A stretch of 64,000 bases of DNA, taken from the sequence record NC_070967.1. One strand, 5' to 3'. Both the position numbers and the translations under genes were made by a program. Of this stretch, positions 31,482 through 42,406 are shown piece after piece; within the stretch, counting starts at the first letter, position 1, and every line of letters starts with the position of its first letter. Below the pieces are notes generated by a model. It saw only the letters and a program-made list of their open reading frames with translations, was not told the DNA's origin and searched no databases.

Positions 31482-31739
31482 GTGGAAATTGCAGATTTAA
31501 AGTTCGTTGACAAGGAAGTCAACAATTGGATGTATGAGTGGGGACGTAATTGTGCCACCATGTTGTACTCCAAGGAGACTACTCAGAAAGTCCTCGAAGG
31601 ATGGCAGACTGAGACTCATAAGTTCAGTGCTGACGATGTTGATCAGTACTGGGTAGGATTTAACGATGGTCCTCGTGAGACGCAGGAGATCTTGGTGATC
31701 CCTCCTCACGTGACTCCAGGTATCAATAAGGAGATTTGA
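31482..31739 (+). CDS. Hypothetical early protein
   Basis: GTG start after SD AAGGAG. Confidence 0.65.
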   Translation: MEIADLKFVDKEVNNWMYEWGRNCATMLYSKETTQKVLEGWQTETHKFSADDVDQYWVGFNDGPRETQEILVIPPHVTPGINKEI

Positions 31740-31740
31740 A

Positions 31741-31917
31741 ATGCGCAAGTATCGTAAAGTCTGTGAGAAGTGCAACGGTGATGGATACGTCTCCAAGACT
31801 GATTGGGGATATACTATAGCCACCATCGGTATGGCATTCCTGTTCGGAGCTCATCAAGATCATGAGCGATGCAAGGTATGCACAGGTAACGGATACATCG
31901 TCGTGGAGGAGTGCTGA
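31741..31917 (+). CDS. Small DnaJ-type zinc-finger protein (not in the ORF track)
   Basis: MRKYRKVCEKCNGDG...hydrophobic stretch...RCKVCTGNG, two CxxCxGxG repeats; SD AAGGAG. Confidence 0.7.
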   Translation: MRKYRKVCEKCNGDGYVSKTDWGYTIATIGMAFLFGAHQDHERCKVCTGNGYIVVEEC

Positions 31918-31919
31918 TC

Positions 31920-33602
31920 ATGCGTTACGAAGTTGGTCAGAAATACCCATTCATCGACGTCAAATTTCATGCACGTGATGGAGTTATGAATCCGTTCATG
32001 AATCTCTTTCATCCTCAGTATCATGAACTCGACTCGATCGAAGTCAAGATGCTTGAAGTCACTGAGCATCATAAGGTACCTATCGAGTACTCAGATGCTA
32101 CTACTGACGGATTTATCCTGAAGGAAGTCAAGGGGTCTGAGATCGATCGTATCTGGTACAATCAGTATCCGACTGCTCACTACGGTCAGATCAGTACTGA
32201 TAATGACTGGATGGTCAATCGTCATCTCACAGATGATGAAGGTAAGCGTGTCGATCAGATGTCCAATCAAGAGATTGACTATCTCGTTGAGCGATGGGAC
32301 TATGCTCTATCCTTCGTAGGATCGATCTTTCGTGCACTCAATGGTCCTGCTAATCAGAGGTTGACTCTGACATCTGAGGTTCGATCGGCATTCGTCACGT
32401 ATCTGGATCAGGTCGTCGAGAAGATCGAGGATGCAACTGAGATGAAGGTTATCTTCGAAGAACTCACGATGAAGAAGATCGACGGTACCTTCACTGAGCC
32501 AGTTCCTCTCTACTGGATCGCTCGTCTCGTTAAGGTCGAGGATAGGAAGGCAGCATAATGTCTGAGAAACATCTCGATCTTGAGCGTATCCAGATGATCT
32601 GTAATGCGATCATTATGTCTCGAGGTCTTCCTGATGGACGTGTACAATTCACTCATGTGGATGGATACGTTGTAGTCCTGAAGGATCCTGAGCTCCATGT
32701 GAGTCACGCACTCAATCGAATCTCTGGGAAGGGTCCTTTCAAGACGACTAAGTCGTACGACATTTGGGAGATCAAGCGAGATACTATTCAAATCCTTAGT
32801 GCAGGACAAGTCGTATGAGTTTCGAACAGGCTATGAAGAGACCTAAGAACTACTTCAAACTCGGAAGTGGTGAGCAATGGTTTATCGATAAGGAACTTGG
32901 CATCCTTGACTGGGATGGCAGGATGACTAAGGAACAAGAAGATCAGATGTATGAACATTTCAATCTGAAAAGGAGACGTCGTGAAGATCCTATCGTACAA
33001 GGATAGCATGTATCCTGAAGACAATCGCATCCTTGGTATCTTCGACGACGATACTGATGAAAGTATCCTCAACGAGATGGTCAAGGATGAGATCCTTTCG
33101 AGCATCATGGCAATAGGTCGTCGTGAAGGATTTCATAAGCAGAACGAGATGTACTATCATATCGAGTACGATGTCCCGTATCTCGGTAATAAATTGAAGG
33201 AGGATGAAGATGACGAAACGTCAATGGCGTAGGTATCGAGGTAAGATCATTGCTAACGGTAATGGTCTTGAGAATCTTCGTAATGTGAGATTCTCCTCGA
33301 TGGTCATGACTGACCTCACTAATGTGTTCCACTTCAAGACTGAGTCTAAGTGGCACCTCGATTTCTGGTATCAATAACAGGAGAGTAAAATGGCTATTTA
33401 TCAAGTACGTAAGAGTGGTGGTGGATGGGAAACTGTCACTAAGAAGCAGTGGATCGAAGAAGAACGTGCATGTGGATTTCGTCCGAAAGATATCTCTGGT
33501 AGCGATCCTGACTACTGGACAACATGTGCTACTGCAGGATTCTCGTGCACTCGTGGAGGATCCTCGGTAGAAGGTCAGATCCTCGAAGATGATCAATCTT
33601 GA
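31920..33602 (+). CDS. Run of hypothetical CDS (31920-32558, 32558-32818, 32815-33006, about 32981-33232, 33390-33602)
   Basis: Coupled junctions. Confidence 0.65.
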
Positions 33603-33736
33603 AGCATATGTCAACGACGAATGGATTGTCTTAAAGTTTAAGATTCTCTATTCAAGAGTTGACGGATTTGGTAGGAAATGGCTAGTCTGTTACAATAAAG
33701 AATGGGACAGACTCGTTATGGTCAAGGAGAGATTAA

Positions 33737-34171
33737 ATGGAATTGTCAAGACGTAATCTGATTGTCGGATCTGCTGCAGTACTTGCTATGAGTGCAGTAC
33801 CTGTAGTAGCAACTGAGATCGTAGAGAGAAAGATCAGTCCTGATCTTATTGTACCTGATGTCATGAAACTATCGATCAGTCGTGACGAGTACAGGTTCGC
33901 TAACTATGAGATGAACACTTGGACCTATGTCTACGACTGGATGGAGAGATGGTTTCTTGACGAGAATGGTAAGATCATATCTATCCAATCCGTCCATCGT
34001 ATTCGAGATAAAGAAATCTACGATCGATGGGTTTATGAAACAGGTCGATGGAATATTCCTCCTCATATTGTATTCGGTGGAGCCATCGTAGCAGGTGAAG
34101 GTGACTTTCTTTTCTATCAGAAATGGGAAGATCATACCAAGATGCTTCTACGTACTGGACAACTATCTTAA
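33737..34171 (+). CDS. Twin-arginine signal peptide protein
   Basis: MELSRRNLIVGSAAVLAMSAVPVVA; SD AAGGAG. Confidence 0.65.
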   Translation: MELSRRNLIVGSAAVLAMSAVPVVATEIVERKISPDLIVPDVMKLSISRDEYRFANYEMNTWTYVYDWMERWFLDENGKIISIQSVHRIRDKEIYDRWVYETGRWNIPPHIVFGGAIVAGEGDFLFYQKWEDHTKMLLRTGQLS

Positions 34172-34178
34172 ACCTGGA

Positions 34179-34215
34179 TAGGTTCACTTAAGGTGAAGGA
34201 AGGATTCTTTCTCAG
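34179..34215 (+). promoter_or_regulatory. Promoter-like cassette, copy 9
   Basis: TAGGTTCACTT-N12-GGATTCTTTCTCAG; hairpin AGGGA/TCCCT; SD AAGGAG, ATG 34252. Confidence 0.75.
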
Positions 34216-34251
34216 GGAAGAAGGTTGTCCCTAACTTTAAGGAGAAATAAG

Positions 34252-35107
34252 ATGCAAGTTGTAATTCGCGATGATGGCAAGGAGAGGGATCAGAGCTTCG
34301 AGGCAACTATCGAGTTGTCAGATTCTGAGTATGAAGGTTCTGCTACTTTCACTGCGACTGGATATGGATCCAGTGAGATCGAAGCTCGATCCAACCTCCT
34401 CGCTATCGTAATGAGAATGCATGCTCAGATTGGTCAACTGGAGATCGGCTAGTGGAATATCAGACTGAAGAAAAGGTCTTGGCTACGATGGCTAGGGCAC
34501 TCGATGCTCATCGGAATAAAGGATTCGATGGCAAGGAGCATCCTGAATTGATCCCGGAGATCAAGACGATGTTCAGTAGTGTCTACCCATTCAAGGTCGA
34601 ACATATCGCAGCTATCCTGAACGGAGGGAAGATCATATGATGATTACTGTAGTCGAAGTCGAGGTTAATGAAGACTTCATCAAGCATCCTGCTACTCTCA
34701 GTACATCTGAGGTATACTTTCTGAAGGATGGTAAGATCGTCGGAGAAGGTCGTATCGGTGGTCGTTATATGGGGATAGTAAATGTCTACCCTACTAACGA
34801 TCAAGCATTCGAGTTCTTCAAAGATGACATCATTCTTCAGACTCTCGATATACTAGAGACTGATGAACGTAAGAAGTGGATACACTTCAAGTTCCATCAG
34901 TACACTGGAGAGTATGCAGGTACATTCAGTGATGAACCTGAGAATCGAGGAGAAGGTCTGTCAGTCGTCGACAAGTTCTACTTCGACTTCGGTATTCATT
35001 CGAAGAGGTACGAGCATATCGAAGGATTTGGTAAGACGAATACTGCTCGATCTCAGAATGTTACTCAGGAATCTCTTCAGGCACTGGCAGATCGATTCAA
35101 CAACTGA
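34252..35107 (+). CDS. Three hypothetical CDS (34252-34452, 34452-34640, 34637-35107)
   Basis: Coupled junctions. Confidence 0.7.
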
Positions 35108-35180
35108 AGTCACTGTGTGATAGGAAGTCAGAGTCCTATCCTACGGTCACTTCCGACCGATTTCCTAGAAAGGGATATTA

Positions 35181-35942
35181 ATGCGTAAGTATAATATTGC
35201 ACTGGCAGCTGCATACTCGCTCTCTGCCGTACTCTTTTCCTCAACTGCATCTGCTGCCACATGTGGTGGTCAGGCATGGTCCTGGGAATCCTTCCTGAGT
35301 GGAGCATGTAAGTCTACAGGAGTCTCCAATCCTGGAGATAACAAGCCTCAGCCTGGAGTACGTGGATCAGTACGTACTGTCTCGAGTGGATTCGCTCCTT
35401 CGAATGGATCATCTCCGTCGACATCTCCATCGACTGGCGTCTCTGATCCTGGTACCGATAATCCTGGTGACAATCATGGCAATCCTGGAGATGATAATCC
35501 TGGTCACGAGAATCCAGGTGATGATACTCCTGGTGGCGATGATCATGGAAATGATAATCCCGGACATGACAATCCGGGTGGTGATCACAATGACGATGGT
35601 CACAACGATAATGGCGACAATGGTAACCATGACAACGACGATAATGGGAACCATAACGATGACGACAATGGTCACAATAATGATCATGGAGATCATGATG
35701 GTGACAATGACTCTGGCAACAATGGTCATAACAATGATCATGACGGTCCATCTGGTGATCATAACAATGATGGTCATAACGACAATGGCCAGGATAATGG
35801 TCACAATCAGGATCAGTCTGGTAACGACGATAATGGCGGCGATCAGCCTTCTAATAATGAAGGCTCGAACAGTGATCACGACAACGATCACAACGACAAT
35901 GGTCATGGTAATGATGGTAAGGGACCAGGCAAAGGTAAGTAG
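35181..35942 (+). CDS. Secreted low-complexity Asp/Asn/Gly/His-rich protein
   Basis: Signal peptide ...LFSSTASA; repeated NPG(D/H)D and DGHN(D/N) units. Confidence 0.85.
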   Translation: MRKYNIALAAAYSLSAVLFSSTASAATCGGQAWSWESFLSGACKSTGVSNPGDNKPQPGVRGSVRTVSSGFAPSNGSSPSTSPSTGVSDPGTDNPGDNHGNPGDDNPGHENPGDDTPGGDDHGNDNPGHDNPGGDHNDDGHNDNGDNGNHDNDDNGNHNDDDNGHNNDHGDHDGDNDSGNNGHNNDHDGPSGDHNNDGHNDNGQDNGHNQDQSGNDDNGGDQPSNNEGSNSDHDNDHNDNGHGNDGKGPGKGK

Positions 35943-35959
35943 TACCTGAGTCCGATGAT

Positions 35960-35997
35960 GTGGGAGGTATCAGAAATGGTATCTCCCACTTTTATTT
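35960..35997 (+). terminator. Intrinsic terminator
   Basis: GTGGGAGGTATCA-GAAA-TGGTATCTCCCAC followed by TTTATTTT. Confidence 0.85.
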
Positions 35998-36011
35998 TGT
36001 CTGGAGGTCAT

Positions 36012-36654
36012 ATGAGAATAATAATGGTGGTAGTATACGTCCTCATATCATTAGGATTCTATACTACGCTTGGTACGATTGATCCGTCTAAGCAGACTGA
36101 GGCAGTTATCCGATCACTACTCTGGCCATTGGAATTTGGTAGACAGATTGGTGAGAAATCGAAGGAGTATCGAAATGTGGATGGAAACGATTAAAGCTAT
36201 CGGAATGTTTATCATACTACCGGTAGTTCTACTCATGGTAGGTGCAGTGATAATTCAGAGTATACCTCAAGCTGATGCTGCATCAGGATCTGTTCAGATT
36301 CTCACAGTACCTGGTCAGTCGAATATCGTTTGCATGACCAGAGGTGGTAATACTCTTTCATGTGTGAAGGTCTAATCAATGCAAGATGTCACTCAGACTA
36401 ACATGTGGAAGATCAAGGCTATGAAGCTCCAAGCTGATATCCTGATGATGGACATGTTCAAACAATTGATCGAGACTCAGGATGAATTTGGTAATCCTAT
36501 TCGAATCATCCAACCTCAGATTCTCACGACCTACGAACATTTTACGATCATAGGTGTTGATGAGAAAGCACTATTAGAAGAAGGACGTGAAGAGCCTATC
36601 ATGCTTTATCATGACTGGTACATGACGTATGAAGTTAAGGATAGAATTCTGTGA
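36012..36654 (+). CDS. Three small CDS (36012-36194 membrane, 36175-36375 secreted/membrane, 36379-36654)
   Basis: Hydrophobic N-termini in the first two. Confidence 0.6.
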
Positions 36655-36926
36655 AAAATCTTATTTTAGTATCTCTCGTTCTACTTGCAGGATGTGAAGT
36701 TCATATCGGAGGATATCCTGAAGGTTCTAAGACCGAGACTAAAGCTAGTGTCGATCGTACAGTTGTACCATTTCCGTATGATACCAAGATCTATTACTTC
36801 AAAGATCCTCGTACATCAGTATGTTTCGCAGTTAGTGGGTATCAGGATAATCGGATGTTAACTACAGTACCTTGCAGTGATGATGTACTGAAAGCTATTG
36901 ACGATGATGAAATAAGGGCACGATAA
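36651..36926 (+). CDS. Putative lipoprotein
   Basis: MKNLILVSLVLLAGC lipobox. Confidence 0.75.
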   Translation: MKNLILVSLVLLAGCEVHIGGYPEGSKTETKASVDRTVVPFPYDTKIYYFKDPRTSVCFAVSGYQDNRMLTTVPCSDDVLKAIDDDEIRAR

Positions 36927-37519
36927 TGAAATGGGTACTCGCTGATCCTCATCTTTTCCACAAGAAGATTGTAACACACTTTATGTTCAGACCTTATGCA
37001 TCTGTCGAGGAGATGAATGAGGACATCATCGATACCATTAATCAATATGTCAAAGAGAGTCATACTCTGTATCTCTTAGGTGATATCTCTTTTGAGTACG
37101 ATCCAGATAAGAATCTCGAGATTCTCAAGAAGATTAATTGTAAGAATATTCACTTAGTTGTAGGTAACCATGATCACACAGAGATGCGTGAACTTCCGAT
37201 CTGGAAGTCTGTCAATCATTATCTCGAAGTCAAGAACGATAAGAAATTCTTTGTACTGTGTCACTACCCATTCGAGAGTTGGAACAGATCCTCTAAAGGA
37301 TCCATTATGGTCCACGGACATTGCCATGGATCTTCTAAGAAAGTCCCTAATCGATTCGACGTCGGTTGGGATGTCAGAGGTAGACCAGTCTCGCTCGATG
37401 AGTTGATCCTTGAATGGAATGACAATCCTGACTCTTGGGTTGATCATCATGCTCATGAATCTGATGGAACTGTGAAGAGTCTCTGGAAGAGAATCTCTAA
37501 TCTAATAGGAATGAAATAA
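36926..37519 (+). CDS. Calcineurin-like metallophosphoesterase (phage type)
   Basis: ADPHLFH, YLLGDI, VGNHD, LCHYP, HGHCHG. Confidence 0.9.
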   Translation: MKWVLADPHLFHKKIVTHFMFRPYASVEEMNEDIIDTINQYVKESHTLYLLGDISFEYDPDKNLEILKKINCKNIHLVVGNHDHTEMRELPIWKSVNHYLEVKNDKKFFVLCHYPFESWNRSSKGSIMVHGHCHGSSKKVPNRFDVGWDVRGRPVSLDELILEWNDNPDSWVDHHAHESDGTVKSLWKRISNLIGMK

Positions 37520-37788
37520 TGCGTAATGTTCTTGTAGTAGCATCTCTTGCTGTAGTACTAGTATCCTGTGGTAAGTCTCCTGAGGACCTTCAGACGGACA
37601 AAATGAATATTGATCGTCAGCTACCAGAGGGATGTGAGTTTCACTTCTATGGTTGGTACGACAACATGAGAGTAGCTGCTATCGTCTGCGATAATGCTAA
37701 CGTAACCAATACTAATGTCAGATGGTCCGAAGGTAGTGGTAAGAATGAGACAATTCATAATGGTCTCGTAGCAAAGATTGAGAAGTAA
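37519..37788 (+). CDS. Putative lipoprotein
   Basis: MRNVLVVASLAVVLVSC lipobox. Confidence 0.7.
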   Translation: MRNVLVVASLAVVLVSCGKSPEDLQTDKMNIDRQLPEGCEFHFYGWYDNMRVAAIVCDNANVTNTNVRWSEGSGKNETIHNGLVAKIEK

Positions 37789-38965
37789 GATGGGAAGCCT
37801 GCATAACGATCTAGCATCCTGGGCTAGTAAAGCTAATGCTCAAGGTCAAGATAGGATTGAGATCACTAACGAGACTGCACTGAAGATTGCTGATCAGATA
37901 GTTGAGATGGCTACTCGTATCGAAGAATTAGAGTATCATGTTCGTAATCCTCGTCATCCTGCGTACAAGGACCTGACAGATTATCAGTACGGTCTCAATC
38001 CATGGCGTAGATTCAGACCATACAAGCCAGATCAGATCCGTATCGAACGAGGTGAGGATTATCGAGCTGGTACTCATACGATCTGTGACCATTGTGGATG
38101 TGAATATGCAGACCACGAACCGGTCGTAGGGTACGAATTCTTGAACAGAATATGCAATGGAAATCTGGTAAAGCTATGAATAGCTGGATTAAATGGAATG
38201 GTGGAGTAGGTGGATTTCGAGGTCCAGTACGAGATGACGATCTTGTTGAGACTAAGCTACGAGATGGTACCATAATGAAACCATACCCTGGTGAAGGTCT
38301 CATCTGGACCCACTATGGACAATCGACTGATATTGTAGAATATCGAATCGTAGGTAATGTCAATGTCTGAAGAACGTAAATGTCCTCCTGGAATCACATG
38401 GAGAGATCCTGAGTACTTGAAGTTCTATACTCCTTGTGATGTCTGCAAGAAGTACGGTGACGAAGGATCTCCAATCCATTGGGTAGGAGGATCTAGTTGT
38501 ACCGTATGTTCTCGACCTGAATGTGAAGAGATCGCTAAAGGATGGTACGAGGATACTGCTCGTCATGTTGAAGAGCAGATGGAAGAACGTCGACGTCAAT
38601 TCTATAGTGATGAGGATGAATAACATGTGGAGTGACTGGTTTCATCTAATTCCTAAACAGACTCTTGGTGAGGAGATACGTCGGAAGATCTTATTGGTCG
38701 GATTCATTCTCTCATTAACTCTACCGTGGATCTACGGTGCGTACACATTCTACAGGGATTATGTGCAATGAGTCCTGTACGTGTCATTCAAACATTCATT
38801 CGAGTATGTGCTGACTGTCCACATTGTACTTATTACTCAGGTGGGATGAGTCATTGTACTTTGACAGAAGCACTCATTCGACCAGATGATAAAGCATACT
38901 CGATTCATGAGAATTGTCCACTACCGTATGCTGGTCCACCAGTAATTAGGAATACGAATGACTGA
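37778..38965 (+). CDS. Run of small, often Cys-rich hypothetical CDS (37778-38179, 38176-38370, about 38357-38623, about 38625-38771, 38768-38965)
   Basis: CxxC pairs; 38176-38370 has the WNG...PV...VE...RDG...W.H...DIVEYR small phage-domain pattern. Confidence 0.6.
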
Positions 38966-39341
38966 GTCTTTTGAACTACGATTAAGTAATTATGAATTAG
39001 GTACATGGTTTCACGTACATAACATTGATGAGATGGAGAAGTTCTATCTGTCTCGTCTACCTGCAATCAGATCAGCTGCTCGTCAGTTAGGATACGCTAT
39101 CGGAGTCCATGGATCTTGTCGACGAGACTTTGATCTGATGGCTATGAGATGGACAGATAAGTATGCTGACAAGGATACTCTAGCTCGAGCTATCCAGAAT
39201 GCAGCATGTGGGATTATGTCATCCAGATATACGTGGGAGACCAAGCCTAGTGGACGAGTAGCTACCTCTATGGCTATCTGCTGGCCTGAGTGGTATGAGA
39301 TGATCGGTGCAGGTACGATCGATCTTTCGATTCTAGAGTAA
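38958..39341 (+). CDS. Possible minimal nucleotidyltransferase-fold protein
   Basis: GYAIGVHGSCRRDFDLMA (GS + DxD). Confidence 0.45.
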   Translation: MTESFELRLSNYELGTWFHVHNIDEMEKFYLSRLPAIRSAARQLGYAIGVHGSCRRDFDLMAMRWTDKYADKDTLARAIQNAACGIMSSRYTWETKPSGRVATSMAICWPEWYEMIGAGTIDLSILE

Positions 39342-39352
39342 GGATTCTATTC

Positions 39353-40880
39353 ATGTTTTATCAACAAATACCGATGGGAGCAGGAGATCATTCATCTGCT
39401 CAATGTTTCAGATTGACATCTTTGTTGCATGATACTCTGAATGATATCTCAACTCTTCAACAAGCAGGTGGAAGAGATCCTTCATTTGATAACGATTATG
39501 ATCTCCGTATCAAAGTGGCTGCATGTGAGATCTTTCTGAAGTTGACAGGTTACAAGATCAGTGACATTAAATTGTTAGATCTATTGAAGGAATATGAATA
39601 ATGTCTGAGAATGTATTTGACTACGGATTCATGGTACCTCTGAAAGAGAAGATGTCCGACGATGATCGATATGACCTATCTGAGAGACTCTGGGATGAGA
39701 ATACAGGATATCATATTAACAATGAAGGTACAATACTCTACTCTGCAATCCGAGGATGTGAGTATGGCATCAGATTTACGAAGACTTCTGAGACAAATCC
39801 ATCTACGTTCATTAGTTCCATTCCTGATTATGTACCTGAAATCGATGAGACGATGATCAGAGGGTACTCATGCTACTGGTACAATGGTACTGATAGTGAC
39901 ATGAGTTGCATGACTCTGGAGAGATATAAGGAGAACCTCAATGACTGAGAAACGTGATCGACTAAAGATGACTCTCCGAGAAGAAGTAGCATTCGTCTTC
40001 GGAGGAGTAATGACTATCAATCCTGAGTGGTACAAACAAGCACTCGAGATGATAGCGAAGAATCAGAATGTATCTGTCGATGAGGTGAAGAAAGCCGTCG
40101 AGAGCCTTCCTTCTGAGGACTTCGACTGAATCAATTTAAAGGAGAGGGTGACATGACTTCTGAATTGACAGTATCCCAGGTCTGGGGAATCGATCTGACT
40201 AAGGTCGATGATATGTGCAAGATACTCACATGGTATGAGTATCGTAGAAATATGGCAATCAATGCATTGCTACCAGATAGGATGACTGAAGATGATCTTC
40301 GATGGAAGGATGTCACTCTCACAAGAGATCGTAGACAAGCAGATAGAGTCGTACGAGTAACTCTCTGTTTGAAAGATGAGAATCATACTCGGATCAGTCA
40401 CAAGTTTACTCAGAATGAATTCTTCTCTGACGGAGATCTGAAAGAGATTTATCGTAAGCATCTAGCTGAAGAGAAAGAACGTAAAGCTGCTGAGAAGAGA
40501 GAACAGGAGAAGATATTTGCACTGTCTGAGGAGAGTAAACGAGAGAAGGAACTAGAGCATCTCAGAGGTCTCATGAAGAAGTATCCTCTCGAGATCGATG
40601 AGGAAATCAAACGTCGTCAACGTGAAATAGATCTGGATGATTAATTATGAAACATGAAATCCGTATTGTAGTCGATACTTCTGAAATCGATGATAAGTTT
40701 GATAACTTCGATGCTGAGTCACTACTGAGAGATTTGTACTTTCACAAGGTAGTTCAGAATATCAATGAGATCAATCGAGTTGCTCAGATGACCTCCTCTT
40801 CGACAGGAGGTAATCCATACATGCTTGCTCTGAAGAACATGGTCACGTATGCTGGTATTAACATCACGAGGATTGACTGA
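39353..40880 (+). CDS. Five hypothetical CDS (39353-39601, 39601-39948, 39941-40129, 40153-40644, 40647-40880)
   Basis: Coupled junctions. Confidence 0.65.
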
Positions 40881-41371
40881 TGAAACCTGAGTATGAAGCA
40901 TATCTCCGAGAGCTTATCGACGAGGATAAGAAACGTACCCATTATCTAGGCTACGATGAGAAGGGTCCTCCTGACTCTGCAGTACTACGTGCTAAGTGCA
41001 TGGAATACACTAAGAAGTTCATCGAGAAGTTCCCTCATCTTAAGAGAGTGAGTGGATTTATTGCTAACAAGGATTTCATCTTCAATCCTGAGGAAGATGT
41101 ATCTCCAGGTACTGAACATTGGTGGTGTGTTGACGTAGATGGGACGATTGTTGACCCTACTCGAGGTCAGTTCACTCGTAATGTTGAACTTAAGTACATT
41201 GAATTTGATGAGAAGATCCATCAGATCCAGATTGGTAAGTGTCCTAATTGTGGCATGGAGATCTACGGTCTCGTATCTGATGCAGGTAAGCACGGTGGAC
41301 TCTGCTCAGAAGAATGCTTCGATGATTACTCAGAGTATATGAATGGTGAAATGAAGTCATGTCGATCTTGA
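40880..41371 (+). CDS. Papain/transglutaminase-like Cys-His-Asp protein with C-terminal Cys cluster
   Basis: AKCMEYT, EHWWC, IVDPTRGQF; CPNCG...CSEEC. Confidence 0.5.
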   Translation: MKPEYEAYLRELIDEDKKRTHYLGYDEKGPPDSAVLRAKCMEYTKKFIEKFPHLKRVSGFIANKDFIFNPEEDVSPGTEHWWCVDVDGTIVDPTRGQFTRNVELKYIEFDEKIHQIQIGKCPNCGMEIYGLVSDAGKHGGLCSEECFDDYSEYMNGEMKSCRS

Positions 41372-41865
41372 ATACTGAAAATGTTAAGTCTCTCAATTGG
41401 TCTACTCTCCAGGAGAATGGTATTAAATATGCATGGTCTCCATTCGGAGGTATCTACTCAATCCATGTAAATCCTGAAGGATCGTGTACTGTTAACTTCC
41501 GTAATGATAAGTATGAGAATTACGATAGTCTTGAAGATGGAATCGTAGCTGCTCAGAATCATCACGTTTCTAAGATCAAGGATCTATTTCAGCTACCTGA
41601 TCCTAATGCTGAACCTACATGGAATATTTAGATGTCTACTAATTTAAGTACAGTATATTATGCTATCAAAGATCCTGTCACTGATACTCTGCAATGCGGG
41701 TACACATCTCTGACGAATGGATTGTACTCAACTCCAGGTAAGGCTCAGTCGTACATCGATCGTAAGATCAGACGTTCTCGATATCCATCTCAGTCTGAAG
41801 AGTATAAGAAATGGAAGATCGTACCTGTCAAGATCGTGGAGGTGACTGAAGATGAAGTTAACTGA
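41359..41865 (+). CDS. Two hypothetical CDS (41359-41631, 41632-41865)
   Basis: Packing. Confidence 0.6.
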
Positions 41866-42400
41866 TTACATTATGGTACTTGACAATGTCCTGGATCATC
41901 AGACATGTCATCAGATCATTGATAAGTTTCAGAGTCATGGTGAGCTAGAGTCTCAGAGACGAGAGGGATTGTACCAGTTTGATCAACTCAATCTCAATAC
42001 TGCTGGACCTAACTGGGATGGTGAGCTACGTACGATCATTACTGCTCTACGAGGATCACTGACCACCTATCGTCAGGAAGTACCTACATCTGGATGGCCT
42101 CAACAATTCGGATGGGAGCAGGTACGTATGAAGAGATATCTCCCTAACGATAACGATCAGTTCCCTGTACATGTAGACGTAGCTGACTACAAGTCTGCTC
42201 GACGATTCCTAGTATTCTTCATGTACCTGAACGATGTTGATGAAGGTGGAGAGACTACGTTCCCAGAGTTGAATGTAGCAGTTAAGCCTAAGGCTGGACG
42301 AGTACTCATCTTCCCTCCGATGTGGCAATATCCTCATACTGGTGAGAAGCCTATCTCTGCTCCTAAGTTCATCATCGGGAGTTATCTCCATTATGTGTGA
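41852..42400 (+). CDS. 2OG-Fe(II) oxygenase (prolyl-4-hydroxylase-like)
   Basis: HVD (HxD), YLNDVDEGGETTF, PKAGRVLIFPP.W.YPH, KFIIGSY. Confidence 0.92.
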   Translation: MKLTDYIMVLDNVLDHQTCHQIIDKFQSHGELESQRREGLYQFDQLNLNTAGPNWDGELRTIITALRGSLTTYRQEVPTSGWPQQFGWEQVRMKRYLPNDNDQFPVHVDVADYKSARRFLVFFMYLNDVDEGGETTFPELNVAVKPKAGRVLIFPPMWQYPHTGEKPISAPKFIIGSYLHYV

Positions 42401-42406
42401 GTCGAC

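Noticed and set aside
35299-35949. Long overlapping ORFs (35299+, 35314-, 35409-)
   Set aside because: Shadows of the GAT/AAT/GGT/CAT low-complexity repeat gene.
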